DNA of 48,388 bases, from positions 1 through 48,388 of the forward strand of contig CAZNZL010000004.1 in NCBI GenBank assembly GCA_964577565.1, written 5' to 3'. The notes beneath the pieces were generated by a model, which was given only the letters and a program-made list of their open reading frames with translations, did not search any database and was not told the DNA's origin. Origin of the DNA: an uncultured Candidatus Saccharibacteria bacterium (GTDB taxonomy: Bacteria; Patescibacteriota; Saccharimonadia; Saccharimonadales; JAGQNJ01). Positions 8,123 through 18,879 of this stretch are shown here, one piece after another. Each line of letters starts with the position of its first letter. Position 1 is the first letter of the stretch. The position numbers were made by a program, and so were the translations under genes.

Positions 8123-9937
8123 ATGCGCTTATCCGATGCACTGGTTGAAAAACTTCTTCAAAAGACCGCCAAAGTTACAGACGAGCAACTTGCAGTCCTT
8201 AAACAACAAGGAGCCTCAAGCAAACAGCCACTACAAGACCTTGCTATAAGAAATAACCTTATTAGCGACAAGGACCTAACCAAGCTGTACGCTGAAGAAA
8301 TTGATATTCCGTTTATTGATGTAAAGCCTGCTGAGATACCGCGCGAAACCCTGCAGCACATTCCAGAACGAATCGCCAACCAATACCGGGTTATCTTGTT
8401 TGATATCCAACCTGACGGCACCAAGAAGGTTGCCATGGAAGACCCGGATGATATAGAGGCCATTAACTTTTTACAAAAGCAATTGGGCGGCAAGGTACAA
8501 GTATACGTTGCTACCAGGGCTACCATTCAAGCCGGACTTGATCAGTATCGAGGTAGTATTAGTACCGAGCTTACCAAGGTAATTTCAGGCGACGATAAAC
8601 CAGAAGAAGAAGCACCAGAGCAAGTCGCTGCAGAAGATCTGGCGGAGGATTCGCCTATTGCCCAAACCGTTAATTTAATAATTGAGTATGCAATCAAGGC
8701 TGGAGCCAGCGATATCCACATAGAACCCAGAGAAGATGTGGTACTTATTCGCTACCGTGTTGATGGTGTTTTACGAGAAGCAAACCGTTTACCAAAAAAA
8801 GTTACGGCTGCACTGGTATCTCGCATTAAAATACTGTCCAACCTTAAAATCGATGAGCGCCGCGCCCCGCAAGACGGTCGCTTTAAAGTTCAGGTTTCTG
8901 GCCAGGTATATGCTCTGCGCGTCTCGACTCTTCCTATTATGGACGGCGAAAAGGTAGTGATGCGAATCTTAGATGAATCTACCAAGGCGCTTGAGTTGCA
9001 GGACCTAGGTTTTTGGGATGGCTCTTTAGACGCCATCAACCGGGCTATTGTGCAGCCCTACGGCATGATTTTGGTTACCGGGCCGACTGGCTCGGGTAAG
9101 TCTACCAGCTTATTTAGTATATTAAGCACCCTAAACAAACCATCAGTCAATATCTCAACCGTTGAAGACCCCGTAGAGTACCGTATTACCGGCGCCAACC
9201 AAACCCAGGTTAACCCAGTCGCCGGCATGACGTTTGTAAACGGCCTCCGCTCTCTTTTACGTCAAGATCCAAATATTATCATGGTTGGTGAGATTCGTGA
9301 CGGAGAAACGGCCGACCTCGCTATTCAAGCCGCCCTCACGGGACACTTGGTGTTTTCAACGCTTCATACCAACAATGCCGCCACTTCTCTGCCGCGCTTA
9401 CTCGATATGGGAGTAGAGCCGTTTTTAATCGCCTCGACCATACGTGCAGTAGTCGGCCAGCGTCTTATTCGTAAACTTTGCATTGAATGCCGCGAAAGCT
9501 ACACGCCAGACGAAGCTACGCTTACCAAGGTGCAAGAAACCTTTGGTATTGATAGCCCAGAAAAACTTTCTTGGATACACTCACTCGAAAAGCGCGCCCG
9601 CGACGCCGGCATCGGTAAGTTAAGCTCGGTCAAAAAACTGCAAGAAAGCAATGAACTTTCAACCACCGAGACTTCTATTAGACGACTCTGGAAGGCTCAC
9701 GATGGCGGTTGTGATGCTTGTAATCACGTTGGCTATAAGGGGCGCATGGGTATTTATGAGGTGCTGGAGACTACTAATGAAGTTCAGAAGCTCATTGTTA
9801 GTAACACCACTAGTGATGTTATTCAAACGCAAGCTATCCGCGACGGCATGTTGACAATGCAAATGGACGGCTTTGTAAAAGCCCTGTGCGGCCAGACCAG
9901 TATTGAAGAAATCTTACGAGTAACGCGAGAAACGTAA
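8123..9937 (+). CDS. pilB: Type IV pilus assembly ATPase (PilB/GspE family)
   Basis: ASDIHIEP, GPTGSGKS, LRQDPNIIMVGEIRD, TGHLVFSTLH, CxxC...CxxC, GYKGR. Confidence 0.93.
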   Translation: MRLSDALVEKLLQKTAKVTDEQLAVLKQQGASSKQPLQDLAIRNNLISDKDLTKLYAEEIDIPFIDVKPAEIPRETLQHIPERIANQYRVILFDIQPDGTKKVAMEDPDDIEAINFLQKQLGGKVQVYVATRATIQAGLDQYRGSISTELTKVISGDDKPEEEAPEQVAAEDLAEDSPIAQTVNLIIEYAIKAGASDIHIEPREDVVLIRYRVDGVLREANRLPKKVTAALVSRIKILSNLKIDERRAPQDGRFKVQVSGQVYALRVSTLPIMDGEKVVMRILDESTKALELQDLGFWDGSLDAINRAIVQPYGMILVTGPTGSGKSTSLFSILSTLNKPSVNISTVEDPVEYRITGANQTQVNPVAGMTFVNGLRSLLRQDPNIIMVGEIRDGETADLAIQAALTGHLVFSTLHTNNAATSLPRLLDMGVEPFLIASTIRAVVGQRLIRKLCIECRESYTPDEATLTKVQETFGIDSPEKLSWIHSLEKRARDAGIGKLSSVKKLQESNELSTTETSIRRLWKAHDGGCDACNHVGYKGRMGIYEVLETTNEVQKLIVSNTTSDVIQTQAIRDGMLTMQMDGFVKALCGQTSIEEILRVTRET

Positions 9938-9940
9938 GCA

Positions 9941-11158
9941 ATGGATCAGTTTACCTATACCGCCAAAAAAGAAGGCAAAACTATAACCGGCCGGCTTGAC
10001 GCCCCTAGCAAAGAAGCGGCAATTACAAGCTTACGCAACCAAGGTATTCACCCGCTTGTTGTCAAAGCAGAGAACAAACATTCACTTGGCGCAAAATTGT
10101 TGTCTCGTAAAAGAGTACCCCTCAAAGATTTAGCCATTTTTACCCGGCAGCTTTCTACCATGGTTTCTGCTGGTGTACCCCTAAACCGAGCCCTTGCTAC
10201 CTTACAATTGCAAGCACCTAATAAGTACTTTAAAAAAGTTATTGGCGATATTGGGAAGCACGTCGAAAGCGGTCTGCCACTCGCAGACGGTTTTGCTAAA
10301 CACCCTAACGTTTTTTCAGACGTATACGTTAACATGGTAAAAGCTGGTGAGGCGGGCGGCATATTAGACGAGATCTTAAAACGACTGGCTTCTCAAATAG
10401 AACGAGATAACAGCATGCACAAAAAAATCAAAAGCGCTATGACGTATCCGACCGTCATTTTAGTCGTTACGGTTATTGCATTTTTTGGGATCATGGTTTT
10501 TATCATGCCTAAAATCAGCACCATATTAACCGACCTAGGGGGTGAAGATGCCGAACTGCCTGTGTATACCCAGGCTATGCTTGCGTTGAGCGATTTTTTA
10601 AGAACTAACGTACCGTTAATCATTATTGGCGGTGCGGTTGTGCTCTTCTTGATCAGGCGCTATATCAGAACCCCAAAAGGCAAACATCAGTTTCACGCCT
10701 TGTTACTTCGATTGCCTATCATTAAAACAGTTGTCATTAAAGTAGCCATTGCCCGGTTTGCCCGTACTTTTGCATCGTTGATGGCCGCTGGCGTAGCAGT
10801 GCTCGACGCGCTAGAGGTAACCGGCGCAGCCATTGGCAACAAAGTGATTGAAGGTGAGCTCCTCAACGCCGCTAAAGAAGTTAAAAACGGTAAGCAGTTG
10901 TCAGAAACGCTCGCCAAGGGGACGCACTTTCCGCCTATGGTTTCGCAAATGCTGGCTGTGGGTGAAGAAACTGGACAAATTGATACCATCTTAGTTAAAG
11001 TGGCTGATTTTTATGAAGAAGATGTGGCGGCGACGGTTGATGGTCTCAGCTCAATTATTGAGCCGATTATGATCATTGTTTTGGGTAGTGTGGTCGGTCT
11101 TATTGCCGCCAGCGTCATGGGCCCTATTGCCTCGCTCAGCAAAAACATCGGCGGCTAA
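9941..11158 (+). CDS. pilC: Type IV pilus platform protein (PilC/GspF)
   Basis: FTRQLSTMVSAG, GEAGG.L, AMTYP, GEETG, IIEP. Confidence 0.93.
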   Translation: MDQFTYTAKKEGKTITGRLDAPSKEAAITSLRNQGIHPLVVKAENKHSLGAKLLSRKRVPLKDLAIFTRQLSTMVSAGVPLNRALATLQLQAPNKYFKKVIGDIGKHVESGLPLADGFAKHPNVFSDVYVNMVKAGEAGGILDEILKRLASQIERDNSMHKKIKSAMTYPTVILVVTVIAFFGIMVFIMPKISTILTDLGGEDAELPVYTQAMLALSDFLRTNVPLIIIGGAVVLFLIRRYIRTPKGKHQFHALLLRLPIIKTVVIKVAIARFARTFASLMAAGVAVLDALEVTGAAIGNKVIEGELLNAAKEVKNGKQLSETLAKGTHFPPMVSQMLAVGEETGQIDTILVKVADFYEEDVAATVDGLSSIIEPIMIIVLGSVVGLIAASVMGPIASLSKNIGG

Positions 11159-11226
11159 AAGCCTGTGGAGGCGGTTGCGTCATCACGTAGGAATATCGGC
11201 TAGGAAATAACAGATTAAGAATGGGC

Positions 11227-11255
11227 TTGCCTGCCGTTACACTTATGGTTATAAT
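11227..11255 (+). promoter_or_regulatory. sigma70-type promoter of major pilin
   Basis: TTGCCT-17 bp-TATAAT. Confidence 0.6.
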
Positions 11256-11328
11256 TGGGCTCAGCTAGACATCTACGTAAATGTCTCGTCAAATAGATAA
11301 GCAAATAAAACAAGGAGGGTGGGTCCTT

Positions 11329-11793
11329 ATGACTTCACTAAACAAAAAACAACAAGGTTTCACTATCGTGGAGCTCTTAATCGTGATTGTCGTTATTGGT
11401 ATCTTGGCAGCTTTGGTCATCACAACCTTTAATGGCATTCAACAGAAAGGTCGTGACACCGAACGGCAAACTGATATTAAGGCATTGCATGGTCAGCTCG
11501 AGGCGTACTATGCGCAAAATGGTCGCTATCCAACACTTACCAGCCTTAATGATGCAACCTTTAGAAGCGACAACTTAAAGGGTCTTGACACTGAAGCTTT
11601 GCAAGATCCAAAAGGTTCAGCAGCTACCTTAGTTGGCGCTCCCGCTGCCAACTCTTATGCGTACGCAGCAACACCAACTGACTGCGATAACGCCGATGGT
11701 GGTACTGACTGCACAGGCTACACGTTAACTGCCACGCTTGAAGGCCAGATTGATGGCAGTGGCACCTACACTAAGACCAGCCTTAACAACTAA
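11329..11793 (+). CDS. Type IV pilin (probable major pilin)
   Basis: Class III signal KKQQG|FTIVELLIVIVVIGILA, C-terminal Cys pair, AAGGAGG RBS, own promoter and terminator. Confidence 0.92.
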   Translation: MTSLNKKQQGFTIVELLIVIVVIGILAALVITTFNGIQQKGRDTERQTDIKALHGQLEAYYAQNGRYPTLTSLNDATFRSDNLKGLDTEALQDPKGSAATLVGAPAANSYAYAATPTDCDNADGGTDCTGYTLTATLEGQIDGSGTYTKTSLNN

Positions 11794-11809
11794 TTGTTGT
11801 TAAGCTCTA

Positions 11810-11841
11810 AAAATAACCCCGCGTATAAGTGGGGTTATTTT
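11810..11841. terminator. Intrinsic terminator after pilin
   Basis: AAAATAACCCC-loop-GGGGTTATTTT. Confidence 0.8.
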
Positions 11842-11907
11842 AATTTGCATCTCTGTTATAACGAACATCAATGCTATACTACCTTAAGACGCTAGTGCTA
11901 AAACAAT

Positions 11908-12984
11908 ATGATGAATTCTATGTATTTTTATAAAGACTTACCGCTGTTTGGGCTTGATATTGGGTTTCGTAACATTAAAGTTATGCAGCTTCACGCAAAG
12001 AAAGATAAAGCCTCCTATAGCGTCGTTGGGTATGGCCGTACCTCATACGAAGAAGCGTGGATAAAAAAAGGTGAGATCGTTAACTTTGAGGGCGTTGCTG
12101 CAGCTACCAAAAAGTTATTTGATGAAGGTTTAACGGGCAAGATTACAACCAAGCGTGTCGCCTTTTCGGTGCCCGGTGCCTATACATTTTCTCGTATTAT
12201 TAGCTTGCCAAAAGAAGTTAGCGAAAAAGATACGCATGACGCTATCCAAACTGAGATGCAGCAGTATCTACCCTCCCCGATTGAAGAGTTGTATACCGAT
12301 TATTCGATGGTGGATTCGTTAAGCAATGAACGGCGCGTTCTCACGGTAGCCGTTCCGCGCACTATCATTGACTCATACATGAAGTTTGCAAACATCTTAG
12401 GGCTTGAAGTAATTGCCATAGAACCTTCAACTGGCGCATCTAACCGGCTATTTAGCATGACAGACCAGCACAGTGTTCCCAGTGTACTCATAGACTTTGG
12501 CGCAACTTCAACTGATATCACTATTTATGACAATAATTTAGTGGTTACCGGAACTGTTACCGGAGGTGGTGAGCACTACACCAACGCCATTATGCAAACG
12601 TTGAATGTAACCGAGCAAGAAGCGCATACTATTAAAACGCGCTATGGGCTAAATTTAAGTAAAAAACAAGCCGAGATTCGTGATGCTATTAAACCTTTCA
12701 TTGAGGAGCTCACAAAAGAGATCAAGCGGATGATTCGCTACTACGAAGAGCGCGTCAATGACCAAAACAAAAAAATTGGCCAAGTAGTTACGTTTGGCGG
12801 CGGCGCTAACATTCCTGGTCTGACTGACTATTTAACCAACGCCCTACGTTTGCCGGTACGGTCATGTGACCCCTGGTCTACTATTACCTTTGATCACTTA
12901 AAACCAATACCCTTGGCAGAATCGGGTCTTTATGTCACCACTGCCGGCTTAAGTCTTATCGACCCCAAGGAACCGCTGTCATGA
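11908..12984 (+). CDS. pilM: Type IV pilus assembly protein PilM
   Basis: GLDIG..NIKVMQ, LIDFGA, FGGGANIPG actin-like motifs. Confidence 0.9.
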   Translation: MMNSMYFYKDLPLFGLDIGFRNIKVMQLHAKKDKASYSVVGYGRTSYEEAWIKKGEIVNFEGVAAATKKLFDEGLTGKITTKRVAFSVPGAYTFSRIISLPKEVSEKDTHDAIQTEMQQYLPSPIEELYTDYSMVDSLSNERRVLTVAVPRTIIDSYMKFANILGLEVIAIEPSTGASNRLFSMTDQHSVPSVLIDFGATSTDITIYDNNLVVTGTVTGGGEHYTNAIMQTLNVTEQEAHTIKTRYGLNLSKKQAEIRDAIKPFIEELTKEIKRMIRYYEERVNDQNKKIGQVVTFGGGANIPGLTDYLTNALRLPVRSCDPWSTITFDHLKPIPLAESGLYVTTAGLSLIDPKEPLS

Positions 12985-13577
12985 TAAATTTATTGCCGAA
13001 TGATTACCGAGAGTCACTACGATACGCCCGCAAAAACAGCATTTTACTAAAGTGGCTCACCGGGGTTGTAATAATAATGTTGCTGGCAAGCGGCACGATT
13101 TTTATTGGGCGAGCGTACCTGCAAATGGAGGCCAAGCGCTTTGATAATCTAAACAAAGAAACACAAGCTGAGCTCCAAGCGCAAAACATAGAAGAAACGC
13201 TTGATAAAGTTCAGAACATTTCCGACAATTTAAAGCTCATTGTTCAGGTTTTGCAAAACCAAGTTATATTCTCTGAACTTATTAAACAAGTAGGGGCGGT
13301 TATGCCGCCGGGTACCATCTTATCTGACATTGAGATCTCTGAGGTACAGGGCGGTATTGATTTAACCGCTCGATCAACCGACCAGAATACGGCAACGCAA
13401 ATTCAGATTAATTTAACGGACCCTAAAAATAAATTATTTGATCAAGTTGATATCGTAACGGTCACCTGCGACCCAGCCGTCGACCCAGCGTACCCGTGCC
13501 GCGTAACCATGAGGGCTCTCTTCACTAAAAATAATCCATTCATGTTTATAAATAACCGCAAAAAGGAGGAGTCATGA
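12981..13577 (+). CDS. pilN: PilN-like protein
   Basis: N-terminal INLLP motif, TM, coiled coil; follows pilM. Confidence 0.85.
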   Translation: MINLLPNDYRESLRYARKNSILLKWLTGVVIIMLLASGTIFIGRAYLQMEAKRFDNLNKETQAELQAQNIEETLDKVQNISDNLKLIVQVLQNQVIFSELIKQVGAVMPPGTILSDIEISEVQGGIDLTARSTDQNTATQIQINLTDPKNKLFDQVDIVTVTCDPAVDPAYPCRVTMRALFTKNNPFMFINNRKKEES

Positions 13578-14212
13578 CCGTTAAACGCACCTATTTCATC
13601 ATGCTCGGACTACTTGCATTTAGCGGCATCGTTTTACTTGCCCTGCTTTACCTTGGCAATCAGCTTTTGGCTAAAGAATCGGTGAAGCTTTTAGACTTAA
13701 AGGCCACCAATCAGGTACTCGAAATGCAACAAACCGAGCTTATCAAAGCCCAGAGCGACATTAGAAAGTACGCTAACCTTGAAGAAATTACACAATCAAT
13801 TGTGCCCCAAGATAAAGATCAAGCCAGGGCTGTTCGTGAGGTCATTGCCCTTGCGCAAGAAAGTGGCGTCGGCGTGACATCTATTACTTTCCCTGCTTCA
13901 AACCTGGGCACAAGAACTACCCCTTCACCCCAATCTGACGGCAATGCTGCCCAAACTGCTCCTCAAACCAGTAACCCATCCATTAGCCAAGCAAAACCCG
14001 TGCAAGGCATCAAAGGACTTTACCGCGTTGAAATGGCCGTTGTTTCGCCGCGCAACCAAGATTATTATGCCTTTTTAAACTTCTTATCTAAACTAGAGAA
14101 GAACCGACGCACCGCACAAATTTCAAAAGTACGAATCGAACCTGAAGCTTCAAGCGGAAGCAGTTCGGCAGTTAAATTTAACTTAAGCATTAATATTTAT
14201 GTAAAGCCATGA
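13574..14212 (+). CDS. pilO: PilO-like protein
   Basis: TM + coiled coil, Y..FL..LEKNRR; position after pilN. Confidence 0.7.
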   Translation: MTVKRTYFIMLGLLAFSGIVLLALLYLGNQLLAKESVKLLDLKATNQVLEMQQTELIKAQSDIRKYANLEEITQSIVPQDKDQARAVREVIALAQESGVGVTSITFPASNLGTRTTPSPQSDGNAAQTAPQTSNPSISQAKPVQGIKGLYRVEMAVVSPRNQDYYAFLNFLSKLEKNRRTAQISKVRIEPEASSGSSSAVKFNLSINIYVKP

Positions 14213-14508
14213 AGATAGATAAAGCCCTCTTTGAAAAAATCCAAAGCAAATTAGTAGCGTTTGCCACTGCCTATGCTGTCTTTATTTTTATTGTCGGCTC
14301 ACTACTGGTGCTTAGCTTCTTTGTATATCGCATCAACTCACTCGCCAACCAAGAACCAAGCGAATCTGCGATTGCCGAAAAGGCGGGAGAAAGCCGACCA
14401 GCCACCATTGACAAAAAAGCAGTAGAAAAAATTCAAGAACTACAATCAACTAATGTTGAGGTTAAGGCTCTCTTTGACCAAAATCGTGATAATCCGTTTC
14501 GGGAGTAG
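14209..14508 (+). CDS. Small membrane protein, PilP-position (C-terminal RDNPF)
   Basis: TM helix, RDNPF motif, ATGA overlap with pilO. Confidence 0.65.
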   Translation: MKIDKALFEKIQSKLVAFATAYAVFIFIVGSLLVLSFFVYRINSLANQEPSESAIAEKAGESRPATIDKKAVEKIQELQSTNVEVKALFDQNRDNPFRE

Positions 14509-14509
14509 T

Positions 14510-15127
14510 CTAGTTACCAAACTTGGTAAGATTGACTTCATGCGAGCTAACTATCGCCCGTGAGTAGGTGTACGGGTCGGGAATGTAGGTAAATGTATAG
14601 TTTTGCTGCTCGCCAGCCGTTTCAATAACCAGCGTGCCGTAATTAAAAATGTGTGCCAAGATGCCTTTTTGGGTAACTGTAACGTCTTGAACATCACCAA
14701 TGCTTAATTGGGAGATTTTACGGTTAAATAAGGTCAGATACAAGACTTGGGCAATTTTTTCACTAGTTACAAAAATAACATTATTCACGTATAAGATTGC
14801 TTGGATAGTCATAACGATCACCGCTCCGACAATAAGCACAAACCCAAGGAGCGCAATAACGCCCCGCGCTGAATCACCCGATATGCCGGCGCCATCAAAT
14901 GCAGACGAGAAGCCAGCACTAAAACCGACTACATACAGCATGAGCGCAAATAACAGCACAATACTCAAGCCGGTAAGGTAGATAAAAAATAAGCCGATGG
15001 GGTGTTTTCTAATCTCTGTAATAAGCACTTCGTCTTTGTCAAATTCGATAAATTTGAAATACTTACGACCAACGTATGACAGCTTGGCATTGGTTTTTTC
15101 GTCAATCTGCGCTTCCATTTGTACCAT
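14510..15127 (-). CDS. Bacterial PH-domain (bPH_2-like) membrane protein
   Basis: IRKHP, two TMs, VQDVTV.QKG..AHIFNYGTLVIETAG. Confidence 0.8.
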   Translation of the reverse strand: MVQMEAQIDEKTNAKLSYVGRKYFKFIEFDKDEVLITEIRKHPIGLFFIYLTGLSIVLLFALMLYVVGFSAGFSSAFDGAGISGDSARGVIALLGFVLIVGAVIVMTIQAILYVNNVIFVTSEKIAQVLYLTLFNRKISQLSIGDVQDVTVTQKGILAHIFNYGTLVIETAGEQQNYTFTYIPDPYTYSRAIVSSHEVNLTKFGN

Positions 15128-16158
15128 TATAGCAAAGACGGTTGCGCTTGGTCGGTATTCGTATCTTTGCCCAAATGCTTATAGGCCTTAATGGTGACCT
15201 TTCGGCCGCGTGGCGTGCGCTCCAGTAACCCGATTTGCATCAGATACGGTTCATGAAAGTCTTCTATGGTGCCACGCTCTTCAGCTATTAAGGCCGCAAT
15301 CGTATCTACGCCCACTGGGCCACCGCTGTAACTTTCTATAATCGCTTCCAGCATTCTGCGATCGGCTGGATCGAGCCCAAGCTCATCAATCTCCAGTAAT
15401 TTTAAAGCATTACTGCTGATAGCATGGTCAATGATACCATCGCCATTAACATCGGCGTAATCACGAACGCGTTTAAGCAGACGATTAGCAATTCGGGGTG
15501 TCAGGCGCGCACGGTGAGCCAGTTTCTTAGCCGCTCGGTCATCGATTGTAACATTCAAGATTGTGGCAGCTCGTTTGATGATTTGAGCGATTTCTTCAGG
15601 CGTATAAAATTCAAGCCGGTGCGTCAACCCAAAACGATCTCGCAACGGCGCTGCCAATGAACCTGCCTTTGTAGTTGCGCCAATAATGGTAAATTGTGGG
15701 AGATCCAGTCGTAGACTCTTAGCGCTTGGACCCTTGCCAAGCATGATATCTAGCTTAAAATCCTCCATCGCACTATAAAGCACTTCTTCAACACTACGAT
15801 GCAAGCGGTGAATCTCATCAATAAATAAAATATCGCCGTCTTGTAGGTTGGTCAGTAAGCTTGCCAGGTCGCCCGCACGCTCGATAGCCGGGCCGCTTGT
15901 TACGCGAATCTGTGCTCCCATTTCATTGGCTATGACCGTGGCGAGCGTGGTTTTACCTAAACCCGGCGGGCCATAGAGCAGTACATGGTCAATGGGTTCG
16001 CCCCGCTTTTTGGCAGCATGAATAGCCAGTTTTAGGTTTTGCTTAATGCGCTCCTGGCCAATGTAATTCGCAAAATCATGCGGGCGCAAGGTTATTTCAA
16101 GCTCTTGCTCGTCAGGCGTTTCGTCTAAACCAGTGTTTACTATTCGTTCAATCGCCAT
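15127..16158 (-). CDS. ruvB: Holliday junction helicase RuvB
   Basis: [40 protein letters not shown]. Confidence 0.98.
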   Translation of the reverse strand: MAIERIVNTGLDETPDEQELEITLRPHDFANYIGQERIKQNLKLAIHAAKKRGEPIDHVLLYGPPGLGKTTLATVIANEMGAQIRVTSGPAIERAGDLASLLTNLQDGDILFIDEIHRLHRSVEEVLYSAMEDFKLDIMLGKGPSAKSLRLDLPQFTIIGATTKAGSLAAPLRDRFGLTHRLEFYTPEEIAQIIKRAATILNVTIDDRAAKKLAHRARLTPRIANRLLKRVRDYADVNGDGIIDHAISSNALKLLEIDELGLDPADRRMLEAIIESYSGGPVGVDTIAALIAEERGTIEDFHEPYLMQIGLLERTPRGRKVTIKAYKHLGKDTNTDQAQPSLL

Positions 16159-16736
16159 TATTTACCTTTCAGCGCTAGCCGTATTCGTTCTTCGGTAGGC
16201 TTTTCTTTATCTACACCATCGAGCGCCCGCTGCGCATCAATGTCACTATAACCAAGCGCCATCAAAGCTTGGACTGCTTCGTCACCTGCATTTACGCCAG
16301 AGCGGCCAATAATGGCCTCTGCGCCATCACCAACCGGTGCACCAACTTTGTCTCGCAGTTCAACTACAATTTGCTCAGCAGCGCGCTTACCAACCCCTTT
16401 AGCAGTTTGAAGTACCTTGACCTCACCGTTTGCAATTGCTGCACGCACGGTGTCTACCGGGCCGATATCAAGCACCGCTAAGGCTACTTTTGGACCAACG
16501 TTTTTGACACTTAAGAGCTGTTCAAAGAGCTCTTTTACCTCAATCTGTTTAAAACCATACAAATCATGTGAATCTTCTTTAATATGTTCGTGTATGTATA
16601 GCTTTACGTTGTCTTCGCTTGTTAAGCTGCCGTAATCACTTACGGGCGTCAATACACCATACCCAACGCCGTTAACGTCTATAACTACTTGTGAGCCAAT
16701 CTTTTCGGCAACTCTACCAGTTAATGTCGCAATCAT
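16158..16736 (-). CDS. ruvA: Holliday junction binding protein RuvA
   Basis: [39 protein letters not shown]. Confidence 0.97.
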   Translation of the reverse strand: MIATLTGRVAEKIGSQVVIDVNGVGYGVLTPVSDYGSLTSEDNVKLYIHEHIKEDSHDLYGFKQIEVKELFEQLLSVKNVGPKVALAVLDIGPVDTVRAAIANGEVKVLQTAKGVGKRAAEQIVVELRDKVGAPVGDGAEAIIGRSGVNAGDEAVQALMALGYSDIDAQRALDGVDKEKPTEERIRLALKGK

Positions 16737-16744
16737 CTAAACCA

Positions 16745-17215
16745 TTATCTCATACTCATGCTGCAACAGATAGCGGCAGCTAAGGCATCGGCTGCATCGT
16801 CAGGTTTTGGTACGTCTGGCAAGCCCAGAATAACTTTTACCATTTCTTGAATTTGTTTTTTTTCGGCCTTGCCGTACCCCGTAACCGCTTGTTTAATTTG
16901 CAGGGGTGTAAACTCATATAAGTCGAGATTATGTTGTTTGCCCAGAAGTAATACAACGCCTCGCGCTTGCGATACGCTCATAGCTGTCGTGATATTACGA
17001 ATAAAAAATAACTTTTCAACTGATAGCGCCTGTGGTTGGTGTTCTTTAATGAGTTGTTCTAGTTCTTCATAAATAGTAAAGAGGCGATCACTATCAGCCT
17101 GCTTAACAGGCGTTCGTATAACGCCGGCATCAACCAAACTAGTTTTATTTTTAACTATGTCAATGACACCAAAACCTAGAATGCCGGTTCCCGGGTCAAT
17201 TCCCATTATTCGCAT
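16745..17215 (-). CDS. ruvC: Holliday junction resolvase RuvC
   Basis: MRIMGIDPG, VEKLFF, QARGV, DDAADALA; start moved to ATG 17215. Confidence 0.97.
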   Translation of the reverse strand: MRIMGIDPGTGILGFGVIDIVKNKTSLVDAGVIRTPVKQADSDRLFTIYEELEQLIKEHQPQALSVEKLFFIRNITTAMSVSQARGVVLLLGKQHNLDLYEFTPLQIKQAVTGYGKAEKKQIQEMVKVILGLPDVPKPDDAADALAAAICCSMSMR

Positions 17216-17228
17216 ACTAATAAGTATA

Positions 17229-18779
17229 TTACTTTTTAAGCTTAAGCCGTAGGCCGCTAAAGAAGTTCCCGATTTCTTGCCGATATTCGTACGCACCGTA
17301 GCCAAGACCGGCCACTGCTAGTAATCCAAAAATTGCATAGCCAACTGGTTGGGCGTTATTTTGAGCTTGCTCTTTGCTGCTGGTTGAAGCAGTAGATGCA
17401 CCGGCGACTTTGCGACACCGATTGGTTTCTGGGTTGCGCTCCTGGCCTGGCTCACAAGCTTTGAGCGAACTAGACGACGTAGCTACTTTTCGGCAACGGT
17501 TTGTTGCAGGGTTACGTTCTTGCCCGGGGCTACAGGGCTTTAAAGAGGTCAGGCCATCAGCATCTAGCTTTCTGCATCGATTCGTCTCTGGGTTTCTGAC
17601 CTGGCCTGGTTCACACGGCTTGAGCCCATCGTCTGTCTCAATATTTTTACACCGATTAGTCTCAGGATTACGGAATTTACCCTCGGGGCAGGGTTCGAGT
17701 GCTTCGTTTTTAGTATTTGCTGTCGTCACCGTTGCCGTAGCTACATTCGCTTTGCTAGGGGTAGGCGTCGTCGTAAGTTGCCATGAGCTACCAATATATG
17801 CCCAGGCTTCATCATCACTTAAATCGGCGGGGTAGGTAACGGCCTTCTCAGTTGTTGCACCAATAAGCTCCACCGTTCCCCCACTTGCATTTGGCAATAC
17901 TAGTCCATAAAAGGCCTGATACCCTGGCTGCATAGAGCCACTCAATTGCTTAGTACTCGACCCAATTTTTAATGAGCAACCATCGAGCACAACACTCGAA
18001 GCTAGTGGGTTGTAGAGCTCAACATATTCATTACCAGTGTCTGTGCCTGACGGGTTAGGCACAATCTCAGTTATCTCAAGCGCTTCACACGGCAAGACGG
18101 GTGTGTTTACTAGAAAACAGGCATCACCCTGCTGCTGATACCCGGCTGGCACGGTTGCTTGCACCCCCTCAAGGTTATTACATACATCATCCGTGGGATT
18201 TTCTGTTGGATCGTCTGACTTTATTGGGCTGTCTTCAAGCGTGAAATCTTCAAGATTATTATTGGTATCTATTGCATACCCCGCGCTATCAAACCACCGC
18301 TTAAGGCTCTTCGTATTGGGCGGGATTGCTGCCGGCTCGCCCTCAGCACATAGCGGCAGGCTTGTAGCGCTTCCCCAACCTACCACATCAATTACAGCCG
18401 AGTCAGAACGAAGCCGCAGGGAACCACCTGTATTGTCATTCATTGGTATTTCGACCACTTTTCGATCCTGGGGAGCCAGTATGCCGTCAAGCAGTGCCTC
18501 TTTTACATTGGTGCTGTCAACTTGCTTCCAGCTAACCACAGTGCAATCGGTAAGCTTTGCAGCGGGTTTTGCATATTCGAGGCGCCAGTTAGCAAGGTCT
18601 ATCTCATTATCACTATCGTTATAAATCTCTACAAACTCGGTTGGCTGGTTTGGAATTGCACCCCCAAGCTTTATGACCGTAATAAGTATAGTATTGTTTG
18701 TTTCAGCCCTCACTACTATCGGCACTAGTGCAGTCAGTAGTGTAATGATTAAGATTGATATTTTGACTCTCAACCCCAT
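17229..18779 (-). CDS. Surface protein with two lamin-tail-like domains, four Cys-rich repeats and C-terminal TM anchor
   Basis: Signal peptide; EFVEIYN..IDL..W.L and ITEIVPNP.G.D..EYVELYN; CxxGxxRNPxTNRC x4. Confidence 0.8.
   Translation of the reverse strand: MGLRVKISILIITLLTALVPIVVRAETNNTILITVIKLGGAIPNQPTEFVEIYNDSDNEIDLANWRLEYAKPAAKLTDCTVVSWKQVDSTNVKEALLDGILAPQDRKVVEIPMNDNTGGSLRLRSDSAVIDVVGWGSATSLPLCAEGEPAAIPPNTKSLKRWFDSAGYAIDTNNNLEDFTLEDSPIKSDDPTENPTDDVCNNLEGVQATVPAGYQQQGDACFLVNTPVLPCEALEITEIVPNPSGTDTGNEYVELYNPLASSVVLDGCSLKIGSSTKQLSGSMQPGYQAFYGLVLPNASGGTVELIGATTEKAVTYPADLSDDEAWAYIGSSWQLTTTPTPSKANVATATVTTANTKNEALEPCPEGKFRNPETNRCKNIETDDGLKPCEPGQVRNPETNRCRKLDADGLTSLKPCSPGQERNPATNRCRKVATSSSSLKACEPGQERNPETNRCRKVAGASTASTSSKEQAQNNAQPVGYAIFGLLAVAGLGYGAYEYRQEIGNFFSGLRLKLKK
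17405..17695 (-). repeat. Four intragenic C-x2-G-x2-RNP-x-TNRC repeats
   Basis: PCPEGKFRNPETNRC, PCEPGQVRNPETNRC, PCSPGQERNPATNRC, ACEPGQERNPETNRC. Confidence 0.9.
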
Positions 18780-18879
18780 AGATGAGGTTTAATATATACC
18801 TGTCTTTTTGATTTTCCAATAAATAAGGCACATATACCCTTAGTGTAGGTAGTGTATGATTAATGTTACAATTTATATT

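Noticed and set aside
17374..18728. Plus-strand ORFs of 153, 143 and 68 aa
   Set aside because: Antisense shadows of the lamin-tail protein gene
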